A stretch of 64,000 nucleotides of DNA from Myxococcales bacterium (GCA_047601445.1 JASGJH010000001.1:5376001-5440000); one strand, 5' to 3'; counted from the stretch's first letter, positions 29,141-39,889 are shown. The notes: generated by a model not told the origin, from the sequence alone. Numbers and translations are program-made.

Positions 29141-29791
29141 ATGCCGACCAAAGTCCGCACGAATCCCAGGAAACAGGCCTCTCAAGACCGCTCGCGCGCC
29201 ACCGTGTCCGCCATCTTGCGAGCGACAGCTCGTGTTTTGATTCGGGACGGCTACGACCGCGCGAGTACCAATCGCATCGCGGCCCAGGCGGGAGTCAGCG
29301 TGGGGTCGCTCTATCAGTACTTCCCGAGCAAGGAGGCGCTGGTGGCTGCACTGGCGGCGGAGCATGCCCAGGAGATCGCGACGCTCTTGCAAGCCGAGAT
29401 GCAAACCATGCTGGCGGCGCCGCTCGAGCAGGCCATCGAACGCGTGGTGCGCTTGATGGTGGAGGCCCATGCGATCCATCCGCAGCTGCACAAGGTGTTG
29501 GCCGAGGAAGTGCCGCGCTTCCGTGGCGGTGATGGCATGATGCGCGACGTGGAGGACGAGATGGTGCGGCTCGCGCGCGCCGTGCTCTCCGCGCGCAAGG
29601 GCGAGCTCGCACTGTACAACGCGCGCGCCTCGGCCCGAGAACAGGAAGAGGCGCTGGACCTGGCGGCGTTCATGGTGGTCACACTGATCGAGTCGCTCAC
29701 CCATCGCGCGGTGCTGCACCGCCAGGACTTGCTCGGGGAGCGCTTCGTCCGTGAAGTCACCAAGCTGGTCACGGGCTACCTCAGGCAGTGA
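29141..29791 (+). CDS. TetR/AcrR family regulator
   Basis: RKQASQDRSRATV..IL, STNRIAAQAGVSVGSLYQYFPSKEAL. Confidence 0.93.
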   Translation: MPTKVRTNPRKQASQDRSRATVSAILRATARVLIRDGYDRASTNRIAAQAGVSVGSLYQYFPSKEALVAALAAEHAQEIATLLQAEMQTMLAAPLEQAIERVVRLMVEAHAIHPQLHKVLAEEVPRFRGGDGMMRDVEDEMVRLARAVLSARKGELALYNARASAREQEEALDLAAFMVVTLIESLTHRAVLHRQDLLGERFVREVTKLVTGYLRQ

Positions 29792-29901
29792 CGGGCGTCC
29801 CCAAGGCGATGAAACGAGAACCGTCCCCGCCCGGGAGCAACGTGAGAAACCCGGGTTTGCGCGGGGTTTTCCGGGCGTGTTAAGGGCTATTGAGGGGAAG
29901 G

Positions 29902-30786
29902 ATGCGCAAGCGAAGTCGGCTTGTGGCGATGATGGTGCTCTGCGCGCAAGCCAGCTTGGCGTCGGCCCAAGAGGGCCCGCAGGCGCCAGCCAATCCTGCG
30001 CCGATCGAAACCGGGCCCGACGAGATCGCGCCACGCGAGACTCCCTCGGACGAGAACGCCGTCTACCCGCAGCCCGCACCCCAGCAGCCCGCACCGCCGG
30101 CCGCTCCGAGCGTCGGCTATCCGGTCCCGAGCATCCCGCAATCCCCGAACTCTCCGCCCAATCGCTACGGCACCGATACCTACGTCTCGAACTCCGGGGC
30201 CGTGCTGATCTCGCCGCCCAATCAGCCCTACCGTCTGAGCATGTACCAGAAGTACCCGCTCAAGGTCGACCTGCGCCCCGAGGTGCCCATCCCGCTCACC
30301 GACGATCGCGATTCCTCCACCGTGGGCTTCGGCTTCAGTGCCCTTTTCGGCTGGGACCTCGGCTACCTGCTGCCCACCCTCGGCCTCGGCTGGTCCTGGG
30401 CCCACCTGCACATGCCGCCCGGTTTCCATGACGACCACCGCAATCTCAAGCGCTTTCACATGAACTTCGGCCTGGTCGGCGAGTTCGAGAACGACAGCGT
30501 GGTGACCCCCATCGTGGGCGCCTTCGTCGACCTCAACTGGTGGCACGTCTCGGGCGACAACAGCATCGCCTGCGGCGGCTACTACTACTGGGGCTGCTAC
30601 GAAGTGCAGAACTATCGCTACACCACGGGCTTCAGCTTCATCGCCGGCATCGACCTGCGCGTCTTCCGCAACGACCGCTTCACCATCGGCACCGGCGTAC
30701 TCCCGCAGGTAACCCTCAGGGGCGGCCCCTTCCCCGAGAGCGAATGGTGGCTCGCGCCCTACGCAGTGTTCACCGCGCGCAACTGA
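29902..30786 (+). CDS. outer-membrane beta-barrel protein with Pro-rich N-terminus
   Basis: Signal peptide, Pro-rich linker, alternating amphipathic aromatic-rich strands. Confidence 0.65.
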   Translation: MRKRSRLVAMMVLCAQASLASAQEGPQAPANPAPIETGPDEIAPRETPSDENAVYPQPAPQQPAPPAAPSVGYPVPSIPQSPNSPPNRYGTDTYVSNSGAVLISPPNQPYRLSMYQKYPLKVDLRPEVPIPLTDDRDSSTVGFGFSALFGWDLGYLLPTLGLGWSWAHLHMPPGFHDDHRNLKRFHMNFGLVGEFENDSVVTPIVGAFVDLNWWHVSGDNSIACGGYYYWGCYEVQNYRYTTGFSFIAGIDLRVFRNDRFTIGTGVLPQVTLRGGPFPESEWWLAPYAVFTARN

Positions 30787-30832
30787 GACGCATCGCCCGA
30801 CTCGTGCTGGCGTGGTGGGCCGACGGAAAACA

Positions 30833-30862
30833 AAAAGGAGCCCCCTGAGGCGCTCCCTTCTT
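30833..30862. terminator. probable bidirectional intrinsic terminator
   Basis: AAAAGGAGC...GCTCCCTTCTT hairpin between convergent genes. Confidence 0.55.
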
Positions 30863-30890
30863 CACGTGTTCTCGCGAACCCGTATGCCGA

Positions 30891-32105
30891 TCACATGCTG
30901 GTGACCACGGCACCCAGGGCAAGGCTCCAGAACTTCTTCTCGGGGTCGCCGTCCCAGTTCTTGTAGGAATCGTCGCTAGCAAGCTCGTAGCGGAACTCGG
31001 GACGAATCACGAGCGCGCTGCTGTTGGGCACGGGCTTGAAGTCGAGCGTGCCGGTGAGCGTGGTCAGGTGGGTCTTGCCCGCAACGGGCGCCCCGGTGAC
31101 GTAGCCCTGGATGAGCTGCGAGTTGGCGCTGTCGCTCAGGTACTCGACGCGAGCCGCGGCGCCGAACCAGTTGGTGAAGGAGTAACCGGGAGCCACGCTG
31201 ACGCCCCACCAGTTTTCCAGGTCGCCGGAGCCCTTGACCTTGTAGAGGTTCAAGTCCGCGTTCAGCACGACCTTGAAGTCACCGAAGGTGCCGGTACCCA
31301 CGAAGTCGAAGAAGTCCTGGAAGTTCTTGGTGGCGAGCGCCTCGTCGTCGCCATCGCGCGGGGTCAGGCCGCCGAGCCAGCCGACCGCGAAGAAGAGCTC
31401 GTCGGTGGGCGTGGCCACGACTTGCAGACCGAGCGAGGGGCTCTTGTTGCCTTCGTAGGCCGTGTTCACGCCGTTCACGAGCAGGGCGTTGATGGCGAGC
31501 TTGTCGGTGACCGCGAGGTTGGCGCGCAGACCCGTGTGCCAGAAGGGCTGCATGGAGTAGTAGAGAGCGCCGCGCGAGTAGTTCATGTTGCGCCAGCTCT
31601 CGAACACTTCAGCGCCGTAGATCGTGTAGAACTGGCCCATGTCCAGCGTCAGCTTGCTGAAGGGCTTCCAGGTCGCGTAGGCCTGCAGGATGTTCTCGAT
31701 GCCGAACGGGCTCTGGTCCTGTGCATAGAAGCGGTTGACCGAAGGACCGAAGCGCAGGCTGATGGTGGCGCCGAACTTCTCACCCGAGTAGGCCGCGTCG
31801 AGACCGGCGGAGGCCAGGGTGAAGCCGCTGTTCTGCACGTAGGCGTCCCAGCCGTTGGTCACCTGCGGACCGGCGTTGGTGCCGTTCGGGACGTTGGAGC
31901 CGTAGACCTTGGAACCGTCCACGACGGGAAGGCGGCGGCGGTTGCTGTCACTGCGCAGCGCTCCGTACGCGTCGACGTAGGCACCGAGGGTGAAATTGTC
32001 GGTCCAGGAGCCGGCTTTGTCCTCGGCGTGGGCCACGCCGGAAAGGCTCATGCTCACGCTGCAAGCGAGCAGCGCAGCCTTGAGCGAGCGGAACGTCGAA
32101 CGCAT
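30891..32105 (-). CDS. outer-membrane beta-barrel porin (BBP2/OmpL-like)
   Basis: Signal peptide; GAYVDAY, QAYATW, LDMGQF.T..GAE...NMNYSRG..Y...PF.HTG.R, RPEFRY. Confidence 0.85.
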   Translation of the reverse strand: MRSTFRSLKAALLACSVSMSLSGVAHAEDKAGSWTDNFTLGAYVDAYGALRSDSNRRRLPVVDGSKVYGSNVPNGTNAGPQVTNGWDAYVQNSGFTLASAGLDAAYSGEKFGATISLRFGPSVNRFYAQDQSPFGIENILQAYATWKPFSKLTLDMGQFYTIYGAEVFESWRNMNYSRGALYYSMQPFWHTGLRANLAVTDKLAINALLVNGVNTAYEGNKSPSLGLQVVATPTDELFFAVGWLGGLTPRDGDDEALATKNFQDFFDFVGTGTFGDFKVVLNADLNLYKVKGSGDLENWWGVSVAPGYSFTNWFGAAARVEYLSDSANSQLIQGYVTGAPVAGKTHLTTLTGTLDFKPVPNSSALVIRPEFRYELASDDSYKNWDGDPEKKFWSLALGAVVTSM

Positions 32106-32340
32106 ATGTCTTCTCTCCCTGCTCCACCGGAGCACTTCGCCGTGGTGTGCGGCTTCAGGCGGGAGACTGGTCGAGCGAGATTTCTGAAATGTTTCTCATT
32201 CGCAAAAAGGAAACTTTGACTGTTTTTCAGCGAAAAGAAGTCATCCCAAAGCGGGAAATCCAGACCTGAACATTCGGTGGAGAGCAGGGGTATTGAGACA
32301 GGCTTTGCGGGCCCGTGAGAGGTCCGCTATCTAGGGCCGC

Positions 32341-33444
32341 ATGGGACTTTCCGTCGGCATCGTGGGCCTGCCCAATGTGGGAAAATCGACTCTATTCAAT
32401 GCTCTTTCTTCGAAGCAGGCCGAGGCCGCTAACTACGCCTTCTGTACCATCGAACCCAACGTCGGCGTGGTGCCGGTTCCGGACGCCCGCTTCGACGCGC
32501 TGTGCCAGGTGATCGAGCCCGAAAGCTCCGTCCCAGCCACGGTCGATTTCGTGGATATCGCGGGTCTCGTGCGCGGCGCCAGCAAGGGCGAGGGCAAAGG
32601 AAATGCGTTTCTAAGTAACATCCGTGAGTGCGATGCCATCGCCCACGTGGTCCGATGTTTCGAAGATGAAAACGTGCTCCATGTGGACAATCGAGTGGAC
32701 CCGGCGGCGGACGTCGCGACCATTCACACGGAGCTCATCCTCAAAGATCTGGAGACCGTCCAGAAGCGCCTGGAGCGCGCCCGCCGCGCCGCCAAGGGCA
32801 ACGACGCCCTGGAGAAGACCGCCGTGGGCCTGTGCGAGCGCCTCGAGAAGCTGCTCGACGCCGGTAAGCTAGCCAACGCTCTGACGCCCGAGAACGAGGA
32901 CGAGGCCAAGGTCTTCCACGACCTCAGTCTGATCACGCAAAAGCCCCTGTTCTACGTGTGCAACGTGAAGGAAGACCAGCTCGCAGCGGGCCTCGAGGAC
33001 CCGCTGGTGAAGCGCGTCCGCGCCATCGCCGAGCACGAGGGCGCCGAGGTGGTGGTCATCTGCGCGGCCATCGAAGCCGAGATCATGCAGCTCCCCAAGG
33101 AAGACCGCGGGGACTTCCTGGCCTCGGTCGGCCTGACCGAACCTGGTCTGAACACGGTGATCCAAACGGGCTACAAGATGCTCGACCTGATCACTTACTT
33201 CACTGCCGGCAAGAAGGAGGTCCGTTGCTGGACCATCAAGCGCGGCACCAAGGCCCCGCAGGCCGCCGGTAAGATCCACTCGGACTTCGAGCGCGGCTTC
33301 ATCCGCGCCGAGGTCACCTGGTGGGAAGACCGCGTGAACCTCAAGACGGAAGCCGCCTGCCGTAGCGCCGCCAAGACCTCCACCGAAGGCAAGGAGTACG
33401 TGGTGCGCGACGGGGACGTGATCTTCTTCCGCTTCAATGTCTGA
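32341..33444 (+). CDS. ychF: redox-regulated ATPase YchF
   Basis: GIVGLPNVGKSTLFNAL, FCTIEPN, DIAGLV.GAS.GEG, IHSDFERGFIRAE, DGDVIFFRFNV. Confidence 0.98.
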   Translation: MGLSVGIVGLPNVGKSTLFNALSSKQAEAANYAFCTIEPNVGVVPVPDARFDALCQVIEPESSVPATVDFVDIAGLVRGASKGEGKGNAFLSNIRECDAIAHVVRCFEDENVLHVDNRVDPAADVATIHTELILKDLETVQKRLERARRAAKGNDALEKTAVGLCERLEKLLDAGKLANALTPENEDEAKVFHDLSLITQKPLFYVCNVKEDQLAAGLEDPLVKRVRAIAEHEGAEVVVICAAIEAEIMQLPKEDRGDFLASVGLTEPGLNTVIQTGYKMLDLITYFTAGKKEVRCWTIKRGTKAPQAAGKIHSDFERGFIRAEVTWWEDRVNLKTEAACRSAAKTSTEGKEYVVRDGDVIFFRFNV

Positions 33445-34600
33445 GCCGCGCCACCCGAGGGGACCGCACGGGGAGGAACAAGCCCCGAGCTTCTTCGCGA
33501 CCGCTGCCAAGGGCACCGAGGGCGCCCTGCGCGACGAGCTGCGCGAGCTGCGGGTGCCCCGGGTGCGCGCCGACCGCGGGGGTGTCCACTTCGGGGGCGA
33601 GCTCCAGGACGCCATGCGGGTGTGCTTCGAGAGCCGCATCGCGCTGCGCGTGCTGTGGCGCCGCGGGTCCTTCGAGGCCCACAGCGCCGAGGCCCTGTAC
33701 GAGGGCGTGCGCGCCATCGACCTGGGGGACGTGCTCGATCCCGACAAGAGCCTGAGCGTGGTGGCCACCGTGAAGCACGGCGCGCTCACGCATTCGGGTT
33801 TCGTGGCGCAAAAGACCAAGGACGCGTTGGTGGACTCGCAGCGTGTGCGCTTCGGCGCACGCTCCAACGTGGAGCGCGATGATCCGGACGTGCGCGTGGT
33901 GGTGCACATCGCCAAAGACCAAGCCGACCTCTTCGTGGACTTGGCGGGAGAATCATTGCACCGGCGTGGCTACCGTTCCGAGGCGCGCGAGGCGCCCATC
34001 AAGGAGACCTTGGCGGCGGCCATGCTGAGGCTCGCTGGATGGGACCGAAAGCGACCGCTGGTGGACCCCATGTGCGGCTCCGGGACCATCGCCATCGAGG
34101 CCGCGATGTGGGCGCGGGACATGGCGCCGGGCTTGTTGAAGCGACCCTACGGATTTCAGCGCTGGGTGCTGTTCCAGGAGCCGCGCTACAAGGACGCGCT
34201 GATCGCGATTCGCGAGCAGGCGAAGGCGCGCGTGCTGCCCGCGCAAGCGGCGCCGTCGATCATGGCCCTCGATTGCGACGGCCTGGCCGTGAACCTGGCG
34301 CGTAAGCTCGCGGGCAAGGCGGGCGTCGGGGTCCACGTGGAGCGCCTCGACGTGGTGGACTTCATGGGTACCGATCCGGCGGGCCACGTGATCACCAATC
34401 CGCCCTACGGCGTGCGCATCTCGCGCGGCGAGGACTTCGAGACCCGCCTCGCGCGGGCCTTCAAGGGGCTCAAAGGTCACCGTATCTCCGCCATCTGCCA
34501 CGATCGCAAGCTCGCCCAGGCGATGCACAAGGCGCCCGTGCAGGAGCACGCGCTGTGGAACGGCGACCTCGAGTGCAGGCTCTACAGCTGGGACTTGTGA
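33437..34600 (+). CDS. THUMP-domain RNA methyltransferase (RlmL-like)
   Basis: SLHRRGYR, APIKETLAAA, DPMCGSGTIAIEA, TNPPYG. Confidence 0.9.
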   Translation: MSEPRHPRGPHGEEQAPSFFATAAKGTEGALRDELRELRVPRVRADRGGVHFGGELQDAMRVCFESRIALRVLWRRGSFEAHSAEALYEGVRAIDLGDVLDPDKSLSVVATVKHGALTHSGFVAQKTKDALVDSQRVRFGARSNVERDDPDVRVVVHIAKDQADLFVDLAGESLHRRGYRSEAREAPIKETLAAAMLRLAGWDRKRPLVDPMCGSGTIAIEAAMWARDMAPGLLKRPYGFQRWVLFQEPRYKDALIAIREQAKARVLPAQAAPSIMALDCDGLAVNLARKLAGKAGVGVHVERLDVVDFMGTDPAGHVITNPPYGVRISRGEDFETRLARAFKGLKGHRISAICHDRKLAQAMHKAPVQEHALWNGDLECRLYSWDL

Positions 34601-34685
34601 TTCTCGGCGGGGGTGCTGTTGGCGCCCCTCTCGGTCACCGCTGAGGTTGGGCAAGCTGGGCTGTGCTCACCATCCACGGCCGTGC

Positions 34686-35381
34686 TCAGAGCGGCTTCAG
34701 GGTGGCTACCAGAGGCAGGTGATCGGAGGCCACACGGGCCTCGCCTTCAGTGTGGCAGTGCACGTGAGCCAGCATGGGCTTCGGATGCACCCACACGCGG
34801 TCCAGCGCCAGCAGGGGCAAGAACGACGGATAGGTGGCGTGGGAGGCGCTGCGCCCGAAGCGCTCGTGGAGCCAGCGCAGGGGCCGGCCCATCAAAAACC
34901 ACTCGTTGAAATCACCGAGTAGCACGGTGGTGGCGTCCTCGTCGTGGGCCACGTGGGCCAACAGGCGCTTGACCTGATAGCGCCGCTCCGCCGGCCGCAA
35001 TCCCAGGTGCGTCGCGATGACCCTCAGTCGCTTGCCCCGGACATCGAGGTCCACGTCGAGCGCGGTACGCGGCTCGTAGGAGCCAACATGGAGGTCGAGG
35101 GTCTCAACGCGCAGCACGGGCAAGGTGGTGAGCAAAGCGTTGCCGAAGTGGTCGTTGCCGACGCGCGCGATGGGCGCGCAAATCGCGTGAAAGCCCGAGA
35201 GCTCCGCCAGAATATCCACGGGTTCGGGTTGGCCCGCGTCCGTGGGGTGGAAGATGACCTCTTGCAGGGCGATCACCTCGGCGCGCAGGGCCTTGAGCAC
35301 GCGCGCAATGCGAGGCACGTCGTGTCGACCATCGGTGCCGACGCAGCCATGCACGTTGTAGGAGGCCAACGTCACGCCCAT
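34686..35381 (-). CDS. endonuclease/exonuclease/phosphatase family protein
   Basis: SYNVH, ALQEV, GNALL, THLGL, GDFNE, LDR, ASDHLP. Confidence 0.92.
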   Translation of the reverse strand: MGVTLASYNVHGCVGTDGRHDVPRIARVLKALRAEVIALQEVIFHPTDAGQPEPVDILAELSGFHAICAPIARVGNDHFGNALLTTLPVLRVETLDLHVGSYEPRTALDVDLDVRGKRLRVIATHLGLRPAERRYQVKRLLAHVAHDEDATTVLLGDFNEWFLMGRPLRWLHERFGRSASHATYPSFLPLLALDRVWVHPKPMLAHVHCHTEGEARVASDHLPLVATLKPL

Positions 35382-35385
35382 GGCG

Positions 35386-37545
35386 CTAAGCAAACCTGCG
35401 CTCCATGCGGCGCGAGACGCGCGGCGGGGGACGATCCGACAGCACGCGACCGAGGAACCAAAGGCTCAGAGACCAGGCCACCACGCACAACACGAGGTAG
35501 AAGCCATGCCGTGGGCTCGGCTCCCGCAACAGGGACTCGAGCTGCTCGGCGCACAGGGCAGTGCCGAGCACACCCGGCAAGAGTCCCACCAAATTGCCTA
35601 CAAAAAATGGCCCAAATGGCACGTACAAGGCCCCGGCCAGGAGGTTGATCGCCGTGAAGTTCCCGAGCGGGAACAGGCGAGCCGAGGTGGTCGCTCGAAA
35701 GCCCCGTCGCCGCAGGTCCGCGCGCAGCTTGCTCATGCGCGGCCCGCGCAGGTAGTCGAGTGGGGCACGGCCCAGGGCACGCCCGAGCCCGTAGAACACG
35801 CTGGCACTGACGAGCGCACCGAGCAGTGCGTAGGCCGAACCTCGCAGCGGACCGAAGCCGAGCACACTCAAGGTCACCAACAAGGTCACCGGACACAAGC
35901 CAAAGCCCAGCACCACGAAGGCCACCATCACGTAGAGCCCGGGAGCCGCACTGAAGCGCACCGCATCCACCAGATCGACCGTGCGCTCGAAGACTTCGAA
36001 GGAGCGCAAGAGCCGCGTGTGCCAGGCGATGGCAAGCACGATCAGCGGCCCGAGCAAGATGCTCAATCCCGCCAGCGAGCGCGGCACCGGCCGCTGCAGC
36101 TCCACCGGCAAGAGCCCGTTGATGAATGCGTCGGCGGCCATCGGGCGCTCCGGATCCACCACGAGTTGCTCGAGCGGAGCCAGGTTGAGCGGCGCCGAGC
36201 TCTCCACCGGCAGGGGCAGCAGGCAGCGCAGCCCACGCCCTTCACTACGGCGTGCTCGCAGGAGCGCCGCCAACGACCCACCGTGACCCGCCTCGGCGCG
36301 CGCCACTTCGTCCGCTGTCATGCCGAGATGCTCCGCTAGCAAGCGGCGACGCATGTGGGCAATGCCTTGGCGCACGCGCGCGCCGGCGGCCCCCGCAGGC
36401 GCCTCGATGGCGAGATCGCACTCGGTGTCGAGTCCGAGCGAACGATTGCTGAGGTTCGACGAGCCCACCTTGAGCAAGCGGTCGTCCACGATGAGCAGCT
36501 TGGAGTGGACGTTGACGCTCTGCTCTCCCAGCCCCTGTTGCTCGGGGTACACGGTGTGCAGACGGCCATGAACGTCGGCCTCGCTCAGCTTGCGCAGCAC
36601 TCGCTCCCGCAAGACGCCCATGGAGCTCTGCTCCAGCCAGCCGCACTCGACCTTGGGCAACACCACGATGAGCTCCGGACAGCCCGGTTCGCTCAAGCGT
36701 TGGCACAGCAGCTCGGCCACCGCCGCTGCCGTGAGGTACTGATTCTCGATGTACACGAGATGCTCGGCGCTCTTGAGCGACTCCAGCGTAAGCTGCTCGA
36801 CTTCCCGCACGTCCCGGTGATGCTCCGCATCGGAAGGCTCCGTGCGCACGATCGCCACCTCCACGTCGAGCAGGTCGGGCTGCACCTGCGGGAGCCAGCG
36901 CATCCCGCGCGCCCTCGGCTTGGGCAAGGGCTGTCCAGTGGCGCGTTGCCAGCGCCGACGTACGAGCTCTCCTAGTCCCTCGGCCGCGGCGCCGCTCACG
37001 GCGAGCTGCACGTCGTGCATCGGTGCGTAGGGCGCGCCGCTCGGGTCCTTGCGGTTGGGGTCGGCCGGAGCGTGGAGCGTGGTGTCCCAGCGGCGGATCG
37101 TGAGGTCGATCCCTCCGCAGAAGGCCAGACCATCGTCGATTACGACCATCTTCTGATGGTGGGCGGCGCCCAGCTGATGACGCCCATCGAGCGCGTAGGA
37201 GAGCCGGGGGTGGGCCATGGAGCCGAACTTGTAGGAGGGCAGGAGCTCGCGCTCGAGCGCATAGATCACCGAGAAATCCCAGGCCAACACGAAAATGCGT
37301 AGCTTGGGGCGTTCATCCAACACCTGATTCAGGAACTCGAGCAGCGTGCCCGGCAGACCATCCGCTGGATTCGGATCGAGCACGGTACGCGTGTCCACGT
37401 CCCAGCCGACGATGTAGACCGTGTGCTCGGCTTGCAGGATGGCGGCGCGCAGGGCGCTGAAATAGGCCGCTGCGTCGACCAACAACGCGACGCGATCCGC
37501 GTGCAGGCAGGCAGAGCAAGTACGGCCTGGCACCAGGACGCTCAC
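35386..37545 (-). CDS. phospholipase D family protein with C-terminal VTT/DedA domain
   Basis: Two HKD motifs (HHQKMVVIDD, VHSKLLIVDD), YIENQY, C-terminal membrane domain. Confidence 0.92.
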   Translation of the reverse strand: MSVLVPGRTCSACLHADRVALLVDAAAYFSALRAAILQAEHTVYIVGWDVDTRTVLDPNPADGLPGTLLEFLNQVLDERPKLRIFVLAWDFSVIYALERELLPSYKFGSMAHPRLSYALDGRHQLGAAHHQKMVVIDDGLAFCGGIDLTIRRWDTTLHAPADPNRKDPSGAPYAPMHDVQLAVSGAAAEGLGELVRRRWQRATGQPLPKPRARGMRWLPQVQPDLLDVEVAIVRTEPSDAEHHRDVREVEQLTLESLKSAEHLVYIENQYLTAAAVAELLCQRLSEPGCPELIVVLPKVECGWLEQSSMGVLRERVLRKLSEADVHGRLHTVYPEQQGLGEQSVNVHSKLLIVDDRLLKVGSSNLSNRSLGLDTECDLAIEAPAGAAGARVRQGIAHMRRRLLAEHLGMTADEVARAEAGHGGSLAALLRARRSEGRGLRCLLPLPVESSAPLNLAPLEQLVVDPERPMAADAFINGLLPVELQRPVPRSLAGLSILLGPLIVLAIAWHTRLLRSFEVFERTVDLVDAVRFSAAPGLYVMVAFVVLGFGLCPVTLLVTLSVLGFGPLRGSAYALLGALVSASVFYGLGRALGRAPLDYLRGPRMSKLRADLRRRGFRATTSARLFPLGNFTAINLLAGALYVPFGPFFVGNLVGLLPGVLGTALCAEQLESLLREPSPRHGFYLVLCVVAWSLSLWFLGRVLSDRPPPRVSRRMERRFA

Positions 37546-38086
37546 ATTCCACTCTAGCAGTGCACGGTCAGAAACAAGGACGGAGTGCGTGCGCAGTAGT
37601 GTTGGAGGGGCCTTGGCTCAGACGAATGCGTCTCTACCGAGACGCGTCGGTTTGTGAGAAAAAGCCTATTTTTCAGCTCGATCTCGGCGTGTCTTGAGTC
37701 ACACTCCCGCTCACTTCGCGACCCCCGTCGCGAGTCGAGCGGCAGCACTGTTTGCTCGCGGGGCGGACTCGCCCGCTTCGACCTCACCATCCCCTTGTGT
37801 GGCATCCCCGTCAGGGACGCATAGGGGTGTGGACAAGGTGTATTGCTTGTGGAGAACTCGCGCGCGGCACGTCGCGTACTCGCGTGCAGACGCTGGAAAG
37901 CTCTCCGCAAAGGCGCTTTCCACGCATGTGCCGCGCGACGCGTGGCCAACTGGGTGCAAAGGCGCTGCTGCCGATCGCTCGAGCACGGAGCAAGCGTGCG
38001 CGAGGTGCCACGGGAGTGCGCCATGAAGTACTGCCGTCGTGGGGCAGATTCGCTGAAAGGTCGCGCCGTGCGCCCGGGGAATGTCC

Positions 38087-39889
38087 CTAGGGCGTCGCGG
38101 TGTCGGCGGACTCGGGCTGCTTCTCGAGCACGTCGATCAGATCCTCGAGCGGCTTCCGCAGGCACGCCAGGCAGTCCTCACGATGCTTCTTGCCGCAGCC
38201 GTTGCGGGGCTTCTGGGACATGCGCACCAGGAGCGGCAGCGCACGGGCGTCGCCGATTTCCGCGAGCTGCGTGATTTCGTCGCGCTTCTGTGGGCAGGTC
38301 TTGGCCAGCTGCAGGTAGGCCATGCGCCGCACGTACTGAGGGATCTCTTCGATCGGGAGGTGTCCCAGCATGGCGTTGGCAGCGTTCACGCGGTCATCGC
38401 GCTCTTCGGCCGCAACCAGGCGCTCGAAGTCGGGCTCGAGCGCAGCCGGAAGGCCCGTCTTGGTGGGCCCCGACGGTTCGCTCTCGTGATCGGCGTCGGC
38501 GGGCTTGGGCGGCGGTAGGTTGAGCTGCTGAGCCACCACCTGGGCGACCTCGGCGACCTGCCCCTGCGGGCGCACCTCGATTTGCCCCGTGGCCACGAGG
38601 AACACGGCGGCTCCCAAGATGGTGGTGAGCAGAAGAGTAATCAGCCAGGCAACCCACGAGCCGCGCTTCTTCTTGGGCGGCAGCGAGGAGAGAGCTGGCT
38701 TCTGCTCCTCCGGCAGGGCGGCCATCAGCATGGCCCCGGTGCCACCAGCAGGCGGCGGCACGGTGGCCGCGAAGGCATCGGTGGGCGCCTGCGGCAGTGG
38801 AGCGGCCGTGCTCACGCTCGAGCGCGTCGCCGGCACGACCGGCGGCGGGAAGAGGTTCGGCTGCGTGTTCGGCTGCGTGTTCTGGTTGGCCGGCGGCATG
38901 TTCACGGTGCCCGTGGTGGGCGTCCGTGTGTCGCGCAGCCCGGGCCCCACGCGGCGCGAGCCAGTACGCCAGCGGGGCTGCTCCGAGACGTCGAGCTGAG
39001 CGATCGCCCGCAGCTGTTCACGCACCAGAGTGGCGTCGTTGGGACGATTGTCGGCGCGCCGCGCGAGCAGGCTCGCCACCAAATCTTCGAGCAAGTCAGG
39101 CATGCCCGCGTCGCCCGAGACGACCTTGAGCCGCGGCGGCACCTGCGAGAGCTGGCGCTCCACCAAGGACTGCAGGTCGTGGGCGCCCGCCCAGAGCTGC
39201 GTCCCCGCCATGCATTCCCAGAGGATGACGCCGAGGGCGTAGAGATCGGCGCGGTGGTCCGCGGGATTGCCGATGGCCTGCTCGGGGGCCATGTAGCCGG
39301 GGGTCCCGATCACGATGCCGAGCTGGGTGACCTGGGCCTCGTTGCGCATGGAGGGTGGGGCCAGGCTCTCGCGATCGAACTTGGCCACGCCGAAGTCGAG
39401 CACCTTTACGAGCTCGCCACCGTCGTCCAGGAATTGGAGCAGCACGTTATCGGGCTTCAGGTCGCGGTGGACGATGCCGTAGCCATGGGCGGCACAAAGG
39501 GCGTCGGCCAGCTGCGCACCGAGGTCAGCGGCGCGTGCCCAGTGCAGCTTGCCCTCCGCCTGCAGCACCTTGGTCAGGCTCGGGCCGCGCACCAACTGCA
39601 CGGCGAGGAACGCCGTGCCGTCCGGCAACGTGCCGAAGTCGAGTGCAGAGACGACGTTGGGATGGTCGATGCGGGAGGTGGCCATCGCCTCGCGCGCGAA
39701 GCGGGCCGCGAGCTCGGCGTTCCCGGCGTGCTCCGGGTGCACGACCTTGAGCGCCACCTGCTTGTGCATCATCAGATGCTCGGCGATGTAGACCGCGCCC
39801 ATGCCGCCTTCGCCGAGGAGCTCGAGGACGCGATACCGATCGGCAATGACCTGTCCCAGCCATCGGTGATGTCGGTGCGGAGTGCTCAT
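38087..39889 (-). CDS. membrane Ser/Thr protein kinase
   Basis: GEGGMGAV, HRDLKPDN, DFG, GTPGYMAPEQ; TM helix; C-terminal Cys-containing helical domain. Confidence 0.95.
   Translation of the reverse strand: MSTPHRHHRWLGQVIADRYRVLELLGEGGMGAVYIAEHLMMHKQVALKVVHPEHAGNAELAARFAREAMATSRIDHPNVVSALDFGTLPDGTAFLAVQLVRGPSLTKVLQAEGKLHWARAADLGAQLADALCAAHGYGIVHRDLKPDNVLLQFLDDGGELVKVLDFGVAKFDRESLAPPSMRNEAQVTQLGIVIGTPGYMAPEQAIGNPADHRADLYALGVILWECMAGTQLWAGAHDLQSLVERQLSQVPPRLKVVSGDAGMPDLLEDLVASLLARRADNRPNDATLVREQLRAIAQLDVSEQPRWRTGSRRVGPGLRDTRTPTTGTVNMPPANQNTQPNTQPNLFPPPVVPATRSSVSTAAPLPQAPTDAFAATVPPPAGGTGAMLMAALPEEQKPALSSLPPKKKRGSWVAWLITLLLTTILGAAVFLVATGQIEVRPQGQVAEVAQVVAQQLNLPPPKPADADHESEPSGPTKTGLPAALEPDFERLVAAEERDDRVNAANAMLGHLPIEEIPQYVRRMAYLQLAKTCPQKRDEITQLAEIGDARALPLLVRMSQKPRNGCGKKHREDCLACLRKPLEDLIDVLEKQPESADTATP

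Noticed and set aside
37554..38086. Protein-coding gene or oriC in the long intergenic gap
   Set aside because: ORFs lack codon bias and motifs; only two DnaA-like boxes and no replication genes.
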